DNA of 64,000 nucleotides from the human T2T-CHM13v2.0 reference genome, Homo sapiens. The translations under genes and the position numbers were made by a program. Numbering within the stretch: position 1 is the stretch's first letter; each line of letters starts with the position of its first letter. Shown piece after piece: positions 30,091-44,610 of this stretch. The notes under the pieces are model-generated. The model searched no databases and was not told where the DNA came from. It saw only the letters and a program-made list of their open reading frames with translations. Location: NCBI RefSeq assembly GCF_009914755.1, contig NC_060934.1; one strand, 5' to 3'.

Positions 30091-31914
30091 CTCCTCTCTT
30101 TCTACCACCCAATTCTCTCTTCTTAACCCTCCCCTCCCAGTCTCAGCCTGTCACTCAGGGTCAGAATAGAGTCAGGGGTGAGAAGGTCAGGATGAAGCCC
30201 TATTTGAGATGCTGGGCCACAGGGCTGAGGGAGACCCCTGGTCCTCACTTTAGACCCCCTAGATAGCTCTTTACCCAATGCTGGGAAGCCTTACACATTC
30301 TCACCAGCAGCTTTTCAGCTCTGGTTGCTTAAAGCAGGCAAAGCGAAAAGCAGGGGAGTGAAAAGCAAAGTAAGTGCACAAAAATTATTTTGAGTCTATC
30401 GAGAAAATGGCACACTGTGAGACCAATGAGAAATTAAAAACACCATAAAGCTTTTCAAAGAAAGAATCATTCCACTTTTATCTATCACCACTGTCTTTTC
30501 AGACAATCCTCTCTCCAATTCTCTCTTTTTTTCTCTATCACCATATATACCTTGCATACCTTACTGGTCTTTTGCCATATGTGTTATGAGACAGCGATCC
30601 TACTAATCCATTTCCACTAATTGGACCAAGATTTTTGGACACAGGGTGCTCCTAGAGACCACTGAGTCCTGTTAGAAAGCAGAGACTAGTGTAACCAAGC
30701 ACATGGCTTCCCCTCCCTGCTCTGCTAACAGCCACCTTACAAAATCAGAAGTATCTCGTTTCTCAGCTGGGCTGAGTAAGACCAATCCCTAGAGTGTATA
30801 GAGAATCATCATTAGGCTGATCTGCTTTTTGTCTCTTAGCCTGGCTATTAGAATACAAATGAATATTCTAAAAATCTCCACTGTATTCAAAATATATAAT
30901 TGTAGATCCAGAATATAGTCAAAAAAGAAGCTTGGAGTTGTGTAAATAAAGAGGTCTTTGATACCCCTGTTCTCATTATATTAGACCTAGAAACAAGGGA
31001 ATCATGCCCATTGTGAAGTCCAATTTTCCATTTGAAAATGTGTAATGCCATCACCCTTACTGATCAGGTCTGGTTTCCAAGGGACATTGGGAAAGTGACA
31101 TTTTATATGCTGTGTTCCCTTTGCTCTGATTTTTTTTGGGTTTTAGGGTTTCCTTAGGCTTCTAAATTAAAAGAAATAATTAGTGTATAATTAAGGATCT
31201 GACAGCAATCCCAAGCTTACCTTACAATAAGATAGAGTCCCATATCATCCAGAAGAAACAAAAGAAAAACTCTGAGTTAATAAAATACAAATGCCACAAA
31301 CTCACTCACATTCTCTCAGGGGATTCTGAAAAACAACCTTGGCTCTCTTCCCAGCTCATTTAAAAGTGAGAAGTCAATGGAATGAAGCTGTTTGTGCCAA
31401 GCAATAATAGTGATAAATAATGCATGGGCATTTATTATTTCCACAGTCCCTCCCCTCCCACTTGATCAAGGCCCTAAGCAAACTTTCTCTTCCTCCTGCT
31501 CATTCTTTACCAGCTGAAGGACCCAGTAAGAAATGACGGCTGCTTCATGCCCAACCTCATGTTGGAGTCATGTGTGCTCTGCAGGCCATGTAGAAGGATA
31601 ATGCACCCTACCAGGATCTGCCCTAAATCTCCACTTGACCAAGGAAGCTCTTCCTAATAGCATCTTGCAGCAGGCCTGTGCTTCAGGGATTTGGCCTAAG
31701 AGGAGGATGGATTGAATTTTCTCAGAATGGCTGGCCATGGCCATCAGGAAAAAAAGAAAGTAATGCTTTATGCTTGCATAGAGAAAAGGGCAGCCCCCCT
31801 GAATTGTCACTCAGTTGCAGACCACAGTTCTACTCTGGTTGAACCTTTTAGAAGAGCAAAGTCTGGGTTCTTTGCTGGAAGCCCTGGAAGAACTTGTTGA
31901 GTTGGATAATCTGG

Positions 31915-32205
31915 CCTAGGTTTCTCAGCTCGAGATCCAAAGAACTCGATGCTAGAGGGAAAGACCATATTCTATGAGTAAATATGTTTAAGAAATAATT
32001 GAGTCTTATTAGTACAGACTTTTTAAGAGCAAGAAATACACAATTATAAATTATGAATCTCCAAAAGTGGGGGAGACAACACAGCAAATGGTGGTTCCCA
32101 AGCATAATTGACCATAGAATTCCTTTTTCTGCATAACTCCTATGCATATCTAAATTATATCTAAATTTCTTCTAAAGTAGTAGTCCCTGGGGTACACTTT
32201 AGGAT
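31915..32205. mobile_element. Possible Charlie4-type hAT relic
   Basis: ttcccaagcataattgaccatagaattccttttt..gtacacttt resembles Charlie4z. Confidence 0.35.
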
Positions 32206-32258
32206 CTATTTTTCAGGACAAATAAATGATTCAATTAATTTTTAAAAATATTATTTAG

Positions 32259-32536
32259 GGCTGGGTATGGTAGCCCCACACCTGTAATCCCAACATGTTG
32301 GGAGGCTGAGGCAGGAGGATCACTTGAGCCCAGGAGTTTGAGTCTAGCCTGGGCAGCATGGTGAAATCCCGTCTCTACAAACATACAAAAAAATTAGCCA
32401 GGTGTGTTGGCACACACCTGTAGTCCCAGCTTCTCTGGAAGCTGAGGTGAGAGGATGGCTGGCTTGAGCCCAGGAGGTGGAGATTTCAGTGAGCCAAGAT
32501 TGCACTACTGCACTCCAGCCTGGGCAACAAAGCAAG

Positions 32537-32540
<4 letters not shown>
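32259..32540 (+). mobile_element. AluJ with its tail replaced by a microsatellite
   Basis: ggaggatcacttgagcccaggag..cctgggcagcatgg; right arm ggatgg..cttgagcccaggagg is J-type. Confidence 0.9.
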
Positions 32541-32585
<45 letters not shown>

Positions 32586-32750
32586 ATATATATATATAGA
32601 TATATCTATATCTAGATATATATATATATATCTATATCTAGATATATATATAGATATATCTATATCTAGATATATATATAGATATATCTATATCTAGATA
32701 TATATATAGATATAGATATAGATATATATACACACACACACACACACACA
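32539..32750. repeat. Compound (TC)n-(TA)n / 28-bp TA-rich VNTR / (CA)n
   Basis: Read directly; unit TAGATATATCTATATCTAGATATATATA repeated. Confidence 0.95.
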
Positions 32751-32754
32751 ACTT

Positions 32755-33250
32755 AGATCAGAGGTTTGAATTGTCCTGCTAACTCTTTTATAAGAGTCAT
32801 TTACTAGCTATGTGACCTTCGGTAAGTTACTTAACTGTATTCTTCAGTTTTGAAGTGGAAAAATTAAAATGATTAAATGAGTTAATATGTGTAAATGACT
32901 AAAAACAATGCCTGACCCATATCAAGCTCTACATAAATGATCATTAGCATTTTTTAAAATTTTTGTTGCAGAATCCAGGATTGCCATACATTAAAAGTTG
33001 AGTTTAGGACATTAGTCTTAGAGATTATATTTTTAGCATAGTAGAAAGAACATGAACATTGAAATGAAACAGCTATGGTTTCAGATACCAGCTGTCATTT
33101 TCTGTCTTTGTGCCCTTGAGCAAGTTAATTCACTTCTGTGCCTCAATTTCTTCTCTGTAAAATAGGAATATTTTCATATGTTGTAGGAGTATTTTGACAA
33201 TTGAATGAGACGGGTTATATATGTAAAGTTCTTAGCACCAACTCTGGATG
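32755..33250 (+). mobile_element. Two MIRs (32755-32950, 33035-33250)
   Basis: ttactagctatgtgaccttcggtaagttacttaac; tgtgcctcaatttcttctctgtaaaatagg. Confidence 0.75.
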
Positions 33251-33585
33251 AGAACACTTACACTCTAGTGGAACTCCTTCACCCTTCTTTTCTCTGCCAC
33301 GCCATGCTTGGGGTATACATATTCATACGGTGTATCACAATACAAAGGGTGGCTGAATCCTTGAGTCACCAAGTGGTGGAAAACCCACACCAGCCTTTGT
33401 TGTGTTAAGCCACTAGGATTTTGTAGTTTGTTGTAGTATCTAGCAAGGATTATCACAATATACCATACTCTTCTCATTAATGCTTAAGATACTCTCCCTG
33501 TTCATAAAGGACTTACCAAATAGTGTGGGACATAAGACATGGACAAATAAAAATACATACTTAATACCTAGAAATGTCAGGAACT

Positions 33586-34125
33586 GTATCCCTCAAGATC
33601 CAATCGGGTAAACAGAAATAACTCTAGGTACATTAAACAGAGGATATTTAAACAAGAATTGATGACAAGGGTATTGCAAGGGCTGGAGAATTAGAAGAGG
33701 AGAAAGTAAAGTTACTCGTGGTATTTGCAGGAAATGAGTAGTGTTTCTGGGTGCTCAGAGCAAAAATCTGTCTATTGGCCAGTGTACTGTGTGGCTAGTT
33801 CTCCTGCAGTTGGAACCCAGCTGCCTGACCAGGAATCGGAAGCTTGGACTCCAAGGCCACTGCTGCTTCTGCTACAACTACCAGTGGTGAAACATGTTAC
33901 TGCCACTATCACTGCCACCAACACAGTTCCTGCAACCAACATAGTTTGTGATATTGCTGCCAGAGACATTGCCAAAAGCCACCTTTCAATCTCCCATTTG
34001 TGTCCCCTAGTCACAAGGGAGTCAGGGCTATATTTTTTACTGTTCATAAAATGGCAAATAACTGTTATGAGCCAAAATAAAGCAGTAAGGAAAACTCTTG
34101 CCATGGGAGCTTAGAGAAACAATTA
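33586..34125 (-). mobile_element. Old ERVL LTR (LTR41/LTR50-like; subfamily uncertain)
   Basis: tgtatc..aaacagaaataactctaggtacattaaacagagg terminus typical of ERVL LTR reverse strands. Confidence 0.45.
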
Positions 34126-34151
34126 GGAAAGATTCTACAGTCAAAGACAGA

Positions 34152-34601
34152 TGTATGATTTTCCTATTACTGCTGCAATAAATTACCATCAGTGACCCGA
34201 AACAATACAGATTTATTCTTTTACAGTTCCAAGTTCCAAAAGCAGAAGTATAACATGAGTGAGCAGGGCCATGCTTCTTCTGGAGGTTCTGGGAGATAAT
34301 CTGATTTCTTGTCTTTTTTAGGTTTTTAGAGGCAATTTGTATTCCTTGGCTTGTGGCTTTGCATCACTTTGATTTTGGCTTTCATCATCACATCTCCTTC
34401 TTCCGACTCTGACCCTCCTGCCTCTATCTTATAAGGATTAGTGTGATTACATTGGGCTTATCCAAATAACCCAAGATAATCTCCCATCTCAAGATTCTTA
34501 ATCTTAATCACATCTGCAAAGTCCCTTTGCCATGTAAGGTAACATAGTCACAAGAATTAGGATGTCAACATACATAGGGGGCTATTATTCTACTTACCAC
34601 A
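34152..34601 (-). mobile_element. MLT1 MaLR LTR (MLT1C-like)
   Basis: gattacattgggc..aagataatctcccatctcaaga..cacatctgcaaagtccctttgccatgtaaggtaaca..accaca. Confidence 0.85.
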
Positions 34602-34949
34602 AGAGATTTGAGCCAGAGTCTCAAAGGCTGCACAGGTTTCAGGTGAGCAGAGGGGGCATGGAGATGAGAGAGCTCCAGGTAGGGGAAGTGGCAAGTGGAA
34701 TTTGCAAGTGGAAGTGGCAGAGGAAGTGGCTGAGAAATCTGCAGTCTGGTGGAGGACAGTGTGTAAACAGGCATGACTAGGAAGAGGGCTCATGTAAAGC
34801 CATCGTGAAACTTAAATCTAGGAAGGACGTTGTGGGCCAGGTGCTGAAAAGCATTGATTTTATAGCTTAGAAAGTAGTTAATGGGAAAACATGAAGTTGT
34901 TGAATAAGGGAATGGCATAACAAAAGCTTCTATCTGATCATGTAAATAA

Positions 34950-35200
34950 TGACAATAACTAAGATTTATTGAAACTTTCAACTGCCAGGCACGAGGTTAA
35001 GTATTTCACATTCAATATCTCACAGGATTGTCATGTGGATGACAATCCCATGAAAACGATTAAGATCTCCATTTTACAGATAAGGAAATTGAAGCCAGGA
35101 GAGGATCAGAAATTTGCTCAAGGCCACATATTTGGTAAGGGTGGGGGAGACTGCAATGGAAACTAACCAATCTGACTCTGAAGCGTGAGTTCTCAACCCC
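34950..35200 (-). mobile_element. MIR
   Basis: ctccattttacagataaggaaattgaagc..ttgctcaaggccaca. Confidence 0.75.
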
Positions 35201-35578
35201 TGCCTTAATCTTCTTGGGCTTCCATAACAGAATACCATAAACTGGATGGCTTAAACAACAGAAATTTATTTTGTCATGGTACTGGGGGCTGGCAAGTCCA
35301 AGATCAAGATTCTGACTGACTTGGTTTCTGGGTTAAGTTCTCTTCCTGGCTTACAGACAGTTGCTTTCCCTCTGTATCCTTATATAATAAAGAAAGAATG
35401 AGAACAAAGTCATTGGAGTCTCTTGTTATAAAGGCACTAATCCTGTCATGAGAGCCCCATTTTCATGGCCTTATCTCAACCTAACTATCTTCCAGAGGCC
35501 TCATCTCCAAATACCATCACAATGGGAGTTAGGGCTTCAACATGTGAATTTGAGGGGGACACAATTCAGTAGATAGAA
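35201..35578 (-). mobile_element. MLT1A/A0 MaLR LTR
   Basis: ataacagaataccataaactggatggcttaaacaacagaaatttatt..ccaaataccatcacaatgggagttagggcttcaaca. Confidence 0.88.
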
Positions 35579-35899
35579 ACTCCTAAGTGGGCACATAACG
35601 CAGAATTAGACTGGTAACAGACTAGAGGCAGGGAAGCCAGTCAAACAGCTTCTACAGTGCTTCAGGCAGTAGATGATAAGGATGAACTCCTGGCTATGGT
35701 TTGGAGAAGGGAAAAGTGATTCCGAATCTTCAGTCAGCTGTGAGCTAGGCCTTTTCCAGGCTCTACTTTTCCCAGACATTACTGGATCCATAGACAACCT
35801 AGACTAGGCAAGAATTGGATTTCTTAAGTGCTTTCATTGTCTGGAATTCCCATAGACAAACTTTAAAGAAGTTAATTTTGAATTTTTGTGAATAGAAAA

Positions 35900-36990
<1,091 letters not shown>

Positions 36991-39464
36991 ATTTAAGATA
37001 ATTGGTAAAGAAATTAAATGGGACCTAATAATACTACTACTCAATTCCCTGGGTTGAAGATTAAATGAGATATACTATCTAAACCATTTTGCACTGTGTC
37101 TGGCTCTAGGGTCTGGGAGCTCAGAGAAGACAGGTTTTCTTCATCACAGATTTTCTATCTCACCTTGACATTTATGTAGTGATTTATGATTCACAAAAGA
37201 CTTTTATATGCATGATTACATTTTATTATCATAACAAGCCAGTGAATGCAGGAGATATCCTTACTCCCATTTTAAGACTCTAGGGTTCAACAAATGAATG
37301 TAGATGAATCAAGGCAGGCTGAGGCAGGAACTAGTTCTCCTGACATCCTGCCCTTGACTTTTCCCACTCTCTCTCCAACATAGAGCAGCAGTGGCTTATT
37401 AAGGGCCAGAGAAAGCTCTTTTTACTGCAGTGTGGTTCTGATGAGCTTAATTAGCAGGCTATAGGAGAGAGAGAGGGAGATGGATTGAAAGGAACAGGGC
37501 TCCCTGAGCAATTCCTCCACTGGCGGCCAGCAAATTCCCTAAGCCTTCTGCCCAAATGTTCCTGTTCATAAAATGGAGATAAAATACCAGTTCCTCCATA
37601 TCATAAAGCCTTGTTCCCTGTAAATGTTTCAGAAATCTATGTAAATCAAATGAAATAATATGTATAGTCATGCTTTGGAAATAATGTTGTTATAATAAAT
37701 GTAAAATACTGTTATTGCATAAATAAGCCATTGAACTAAATGTTTTGGTATTTCAGCATCTCCACATGGTTCAGATCCTTCCTAAAGTTCTAAGAACAAC
37801 AGGAAAGAGGGAAAACTGGAATTCTTTGAGACAGCGATCTACTAAAAAGACCAAGGGAGGATTTCTAATAGCGGGGAACCAATTCAACTGAGCCTAGAAA
37901 ACACAGAGCTATGTTTAAGTGTGTGTGACATGTGGTTACCACAATGTCTTTTTCAACAAGCAGCTTCAATTTATTCACATTGTCTTCCATGCTGTAGAAG
38001 TAATTTCTAATTTACAATATCTGATATGATTCATTAATCTAGAAAATTAGATTTCTGGGGTAACATAGTCTGTGTTTCCAAAACTTAAAATCCAATTCTC
38101 TGTGTTCTTTTGTTTTCCTTCAAAGAAACTTTTAGGTTTGCAAATGCAGAACAAATTAATTTAGCAAAACGATTGCTTCCATATTTATAAAATTGCACAT
38201 TTGACTTAGTTGTCATGGAGCTCTATAGAAAGTGCAGGACAGGAGGGCAAGGGTTGGAGAGCTGATGAAAATGGAAGTGTTAATTCCAGCTCCGCACTGG
38301 AGTGGCACTCTAGGCATGGGGAAAAATCTACTCTCTGCTCAGCGACTTGAAAGCTGACACCTGGGATAGGTAACTCCTATTAATACTACAGAGCTCGTCA
38401 CTTTGATTTTCAAAGCAATGCTTTCTTTAGTGGAGAGTCAAAGTGAACTAGCAGGGAGTTTTCCAGCCAGGTGGTTTGCTGAGGCAGCTGGCTGTATTTG
38501 GAACCGCTAACACCTACGAGATAAGGGCCTGGGTGCTGACCAACTGCTGATCTAAACTTTCTCATCTGTACAAAGGAAATAATACTCTCTGAGGACAGTA
38601 GTAATGTTTCAGTGATGGCATACTGTGTTTTAAAAAGCCTAATGTATATAAAATGTACAGTGGTATTTTCCCTAAGAAATATTCTGGGGACAAAAGTATC
38701 CCCACATCCACATCCGCAATAGATTGGACACTATTCTTTCAATGAAAGTTCTTATCTTACTGAGTCTGCCCAAAGCACTTAATGAAAGCTTTTTGAAGTG
38801 ATCCTTTGGGAACAAGACAAGGGGTTGGGCAGAGAAGTAAATTACTTCTCATTGATGACAGTAACAGAAAACAAAACTCAGGAGAAATTCATAATTATAA
38901 TTTATGCTTTACTGGGCAATGGATTTCATTTGGATTGATCCACACTGACCATAATTCACTCCCCAGCTCCTCATTGCAAGTCTTATATCTAAAACAATTC
39001 TTCCCAAGCTATACATCATAAGCACTACTTCAAACTAATTAAATACTGCTTGGATTTTTTACAAAAATGATTTAGTTCTCTGAGTCTCGTGTTTTTATAT
39101 CTAGTGTACCATGTGTTTTTAGAATGACTTTAATTTAAAATTTGGAAAACTAGATATGCTTATAACCAAACTCCATTATTTGTACAATCTAAGCATCCAC
39201 ACTTTTTAATGCTGTTATGTTACATTTCAGTTTGTTTCTTTTAAGGGTTGAGTCAACTTGATTAGGTGTTCTTATTGTTCAGTGTAAGCCTTTGCCTTTC
39301 TTTTCATTTCTCTTCCTGGTATACCCTATCTCCATTCATACACATTTCTAAGAATTTACACTTGGTTGTATTCAAGTAAGTCTCCCACTTCAAAACATGG
39401 ATACTCAAAAGTCTCTAAAGTTTTATGGCATTTTTGTCTCCTGGCCTTTTGGCAGTATGGTAGA

Positions 39465-40235
39465 TGGGTAACAAACCCTAAAATAAATACCCATTTATTA
39501 GCTCAAGATTTCATGGGTTGAAAATTTGGACTGGGCCAACCTGGGCAGTTATGATATCAGCTAAGCTCACTCAGGCATCTTCCATCAGCTGGTGGTTGAT
39601 GGCCTTATTCATGTGTTTGACAGTTAATTGGCTGACTGTTAGGATGACGGTGCCAAATGTCCTCATCATCTAGTAGGCTAAACCAAGCCTGTTCATGTTA
39701 TGATAGTCTCCAGGTCCTAAGGACAGCAAGAGAAAGCAAGCCAAAATAGATGAGCACTTTTCAAGTCTCTCCTTTCTTGACCAAAGCAAGCCACATGACC
39801 AAGCCCGGAGTCAGTGTGGTAGAGGACTGCTGATATGGTTTGGCTGTGTCCCCACCCAAATCTCATCTTGAATTCCCACATGTTGTGGGAGGGACTGGGA
39901 AGGAGGTAATTGAATCACAGGAGCAGTTCTTTTCCATGCTGTTCTTGTGATTACAAATAAGTCTGAGATTTGATGGTTTTAAAAAAGGAGAGCTTCCCTG
40001 CACACGCTTTTTTTTTTTTTTTGCCTGCTGCTTTCCATGTAAGATGTAACTTGCTCCTCCTTGCCTTCTGCCATGATTGCCAGGCCTCCCCAGCCATGAG
40101 GAACTGTAAGACCATGTAACCTTTTTTTCTTCCTAGTCTCGGGTATGTCTTTATCAGCAGTGTGAAAACTGACCAATACAACTGCCTAAAGAATGTGAGA
40201 ATAAATTGGGAGCCATTACTGCGACAACCTAACAC
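39465..40235 (-). mobile_element. MLT1H/G-like MaLR LTR, split by THE1A
   Basis: catttattagctca..ctgggcagtt..gaccaaagcaagccacatgaccaagcccggagtcagtgtgg; continues after 40185. Confidence 0.7.
39831..40180 (+). mobile_element. THE1A solo LTR
   Basis: TGATATGGTTTGGCTGTGTCCCCACCCAAATCTCATCTTGAATTCCCAC..AATACA; perfect 5-bp TSD ACTGC (39826-39830, 40181-40185). Confidence 0.93.
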
Positions 40236-41889
40236 AAGCAGCAAGGTCTATAATATTCTAACAGTCTTACATTGTTCTGTCTTCCTGAATGGACCCCTTT
40301 TCCTCACCTTTCTTGGGAGATTTCAGAGGAAGTCCTTACATATACCCTTCCATTCTGCTCCAAACTTAGATCACTGTCTAGCTTCATCTCAGCCTGAACC
40401 TAGAAGTCTAGACACCTTAAAACTGAACCAAATATTACAGTTTTTCCTAAATTAGGTTTCACTGAGCACTAATCACTGAGCCACAGGGACACAGGAGCTT
40501 GGATATGTCAAACTCAAGCCAGGGATAGCACTGATGAGTCACAGATCACCCTCACTGAGGAAAGGTGAGCCATCACATAAATAAATGGATCACTTTTATT
40601 CTTCAAAAATATTATAAATCGCAAGTCCACTTTGCTTTTATGATGGATTGAACCCCTTACGTCATAAGACATGATTTGTTTATTTCTATGGGATTGCTGG
40701 GTCAAATGGTATGTGTAATTTTAAACATATGCTGCTAGATTGCTTTCCCTAAAAGATGTAACAATTAATATGTGTACCAGCAATGTGTGCATGCACACTT
40801 AAATTCTCCATCAGGAACAGGTAATAGAGGTCTTTACAATTCTTGTCAGTTTGATAGGCATGTGATATTTTATTGTCACGTCAACTTATATTTTCCTGAC
40901 CAATACTAGTTTGAGAAGTTTAAAATATGTATGCTAGTCCATTTTTAATTATTTTTCCTTGAAGTGTGTATTCATATTTTTGTCCTTTTTTTTACTGTCC
41001 AATTGTTTTTCTTGTCATTCACTCACAAGATCTTTTTATGTAATTAAAGCTGTTAAGATTTTGTTGGCTACAGTGCTATTTATTCCCAATATATGGTTTA
41101 TTGATTCATATTTTTTTGCTATGCAGGAAGCATTTTAAAAATTATTTCTACATAAGCAATTATGTTTATTTGTTTGTAAATGGTTTCTGGTCTTCCTGTC
41201 TGGGTTAACAAAGTTTCCCCCAGCTTTAGATTGTATGTGATCTTCTTGGTTTTCACTAAGATTTTTACATTTTTGTTATTTACATTTAAGTATTTTATCC
41301 ATCTGGAATTTATTTTTGTAGGTGATATAAAGGCCCCGTGTTATTTTCTTTACCATGAATAACCATGGATAACTATCTATCACATTTGTTTAATAATTCA
41401 TCCTTTCCCGGCTGAATTGAAATAGCATCTTTAACATCTATTAAATTTTAATATATGCTGGGATTTCTTTCTGGATTATCTATTTTATCTATTTCTCTGA
41501 CATTTCCATTTTGATTTGATTATAGTATGCTCTAATATCTGATAGGACAGTCCCCACTGTTGTGTTTTTGCAGGCTAATATTGAACAATTTTTATTTCAT
41601 ATAAATTTCTAATTAGAAAAATAAACTCTCTTCAGTTAGTAATTATAGCAGAATCAATATTTTATGCTATTATGTCTTATCCAAGAATACACAATGCTTT
41701 TTCATATGTTCCTGTTTTATAATGTCCTTCAATGGCATTTTATAGTTTCTTTCACATAGAACTGTGTCTTTCTTGTTAAATCGATGCCTACTACCTTCGT
41801 AGTTTCCTTTAATAATTAAGATTATTGTGTGTGTCTCTATTTCTTGGTGCTTATTTCTAAAATAGACAAAAGCTATATGATATAGTCCA

Positions 41890-42050
41890 GCGGTAGTATA
41901 GCCTAATGGTTAAGACCACGGATTCTGGAGTAAGACTGGCTGGGCTTAAATCCCAGCTCTATTTCTCCCTCATGCATGCCTTTGGTCATGCCATTTAACC
42001 TTTTCATGCCTCAGTTTCTCACCTGCAAAGTAGCAATAACAATTGCTACT
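41890..42050 (+). mobile_element. MIR 5' half
   Basis: gtagtatagcctaatggttaagaccacggattctggag..ctgggcttaaatcccagctct. Confidence 0.8.
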
Positions 42051-42051
42051 T

Positions 42052-42790
<739 letters not shown>

Positions 42791-44399
42791 TGCTCTGTAA
42801 AATAGTTCATGGGTGTTGAGACGATACACATGTATATTGATATGTGTCTTTGTGAGTGTGTGTGTATAGTACTATGCAAACAAATAAATGCATATATGTG
42901 TGTTATTATAATTATTTTGTATCCAAGAAACTACCAAATGCTCTTATTAATTGTAGCTATTTTTTTCCTTGATTCTCTGGAGTTTTCTGAGTGTACAATT
43001 ATATTATCAGCAAAAAAATAGATAGCTGCATTTTGTCAATTTTTATGCCAATAATCTTATTTTCTTATCTTACTGTATTTGCCCAAGTTCCAAGACAATG
43101 TTGATTTATAATCTTGATAGAAGGCATTCTGTTTATTTCCTGTCATTATAATAAATGGTCTGTTGTTTTACTCTTTAGACTATTGTATGCTTTTGATTTT
43201 TGGCAAACAATATATTTAGGTAATTTTATTAAGTAGTTTCTATTTTACTTGGTAATTTTCAGAAATTACTGGATATTTTATCAAATGTCTGCATTTCATA
43301 TTGATGTTAATAAAGTATTTTCTTTTTTATTCGTTGATATACTAGATTAGAGAGACTTTTCTGATTTGAACTACTCATTTTCCGAATAAACCTTTTTAGT
43401 CATATTATAGTATTATTTTGATACATTGCTGGATTCCATGCACTAGTAGCTAATTTGTCATTGTTACATGTTAATTCCTGATTAAGATTTGCCTGTAGCT
43501 TTCTGTACTATATCTATCAGATTGGGTATATCTATGATGTTAGCTTCATAAAATAAAGTGGGAATTTTTTCACTTTTTAAATTAAAAAAATAGTTCAAAT
43601 AATTTTAGATTTATCTCTTTTAAGTTAGAGAGCATTCACTTTAGAACACATCTGGTCTTGGTGCTTTTTCAAATAGTAGATTTTGCATATCTTACCAATC
43701 TCTGTGGCAATTGATATATGCAAGATTTCTACTTTGATTATTTTTGGTAATTCAGTTAATCTCCTGAAAGTTTTAGCTTAGAAGTCATGAATTTATTATG
43801 TTTTTCTGTGCTGTACCTGAAGATCCTTAAATACTTTTATTTTGTGTTTGCTATTATTGTCATCCAGTAGCTCTGTGTTGCTGGACTTTGTTCTGTTTGA
43901 TCTTCCTCTCTCTGTTCCTGAGTACCCATAGATTAGTTATTATTTTTATTATTAGTTGAATATGTTGCAAGTTGTGATAGCAGTCCGGCAAGGATGGAAC
44001 GTAAAATATTTTGTTCCCTGTGGGCTGTTGTGTTCTCCATCTCCTTGAATTCTTTCAGCCTCAGGAGTAGAGACACCTCATTCAGTGGCTCAGTTTCTCT
44101 TTAGCTTTTAGAGGACTAAAGACACCATACTCATACATTACCTCTAGGCTTATGATTCTGGGGCCAAGGTTTTCTCAGAATCCCTAACATTTCAATTCCT
44201 GGGGACCTCTGAACCTTCTGTGCAGGCTCTCACCTGGATTCACCTTGCTAAGACAGCCCCCACAGCCCAGAACTTCACAACCGTGTAGATGAGAAGAGAT
44301 ACATGGATTACAGTTGAGAATGGAAGGAAGGTTAGGTACATTTCTATTCTTTCCACGATAATGAATGAATACATGAGATGAAATGAAGGTAATCTCTTT

Positions 44400-44610
44400 T
44401 TAATTCTTAGTTTTAATGAATATGTAATAGTTGTACATATTTATGGAGTACAATCAAAATTTTGATATAAGCATAGCTTATGTAATGATCAAATCAGAGT
44501 AAATGGGATAGCTATGACTTCAAGCATTTATCACCTCTTTGTGTTAGGAACATCCAATGCCACTCCTCTAATTATTTTGAAATGCACAATAGATTATTGT
44601 TAACTACAGA
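44400..44610 (-). mobile_element. L1MA 3' end
   Basis: gttgtacatatttatggagtaca..aatgatcaaatcagagtaa..ttattgttaactacag. Confidence 0.75.

Noticed and set aside
33725-34114. 129-aa and 110-aa ORFs with hydrophobic or Thr-rich stretches
   Set aside because: Inside an LTR-like, low-complexity segment with no splice or promoter support.
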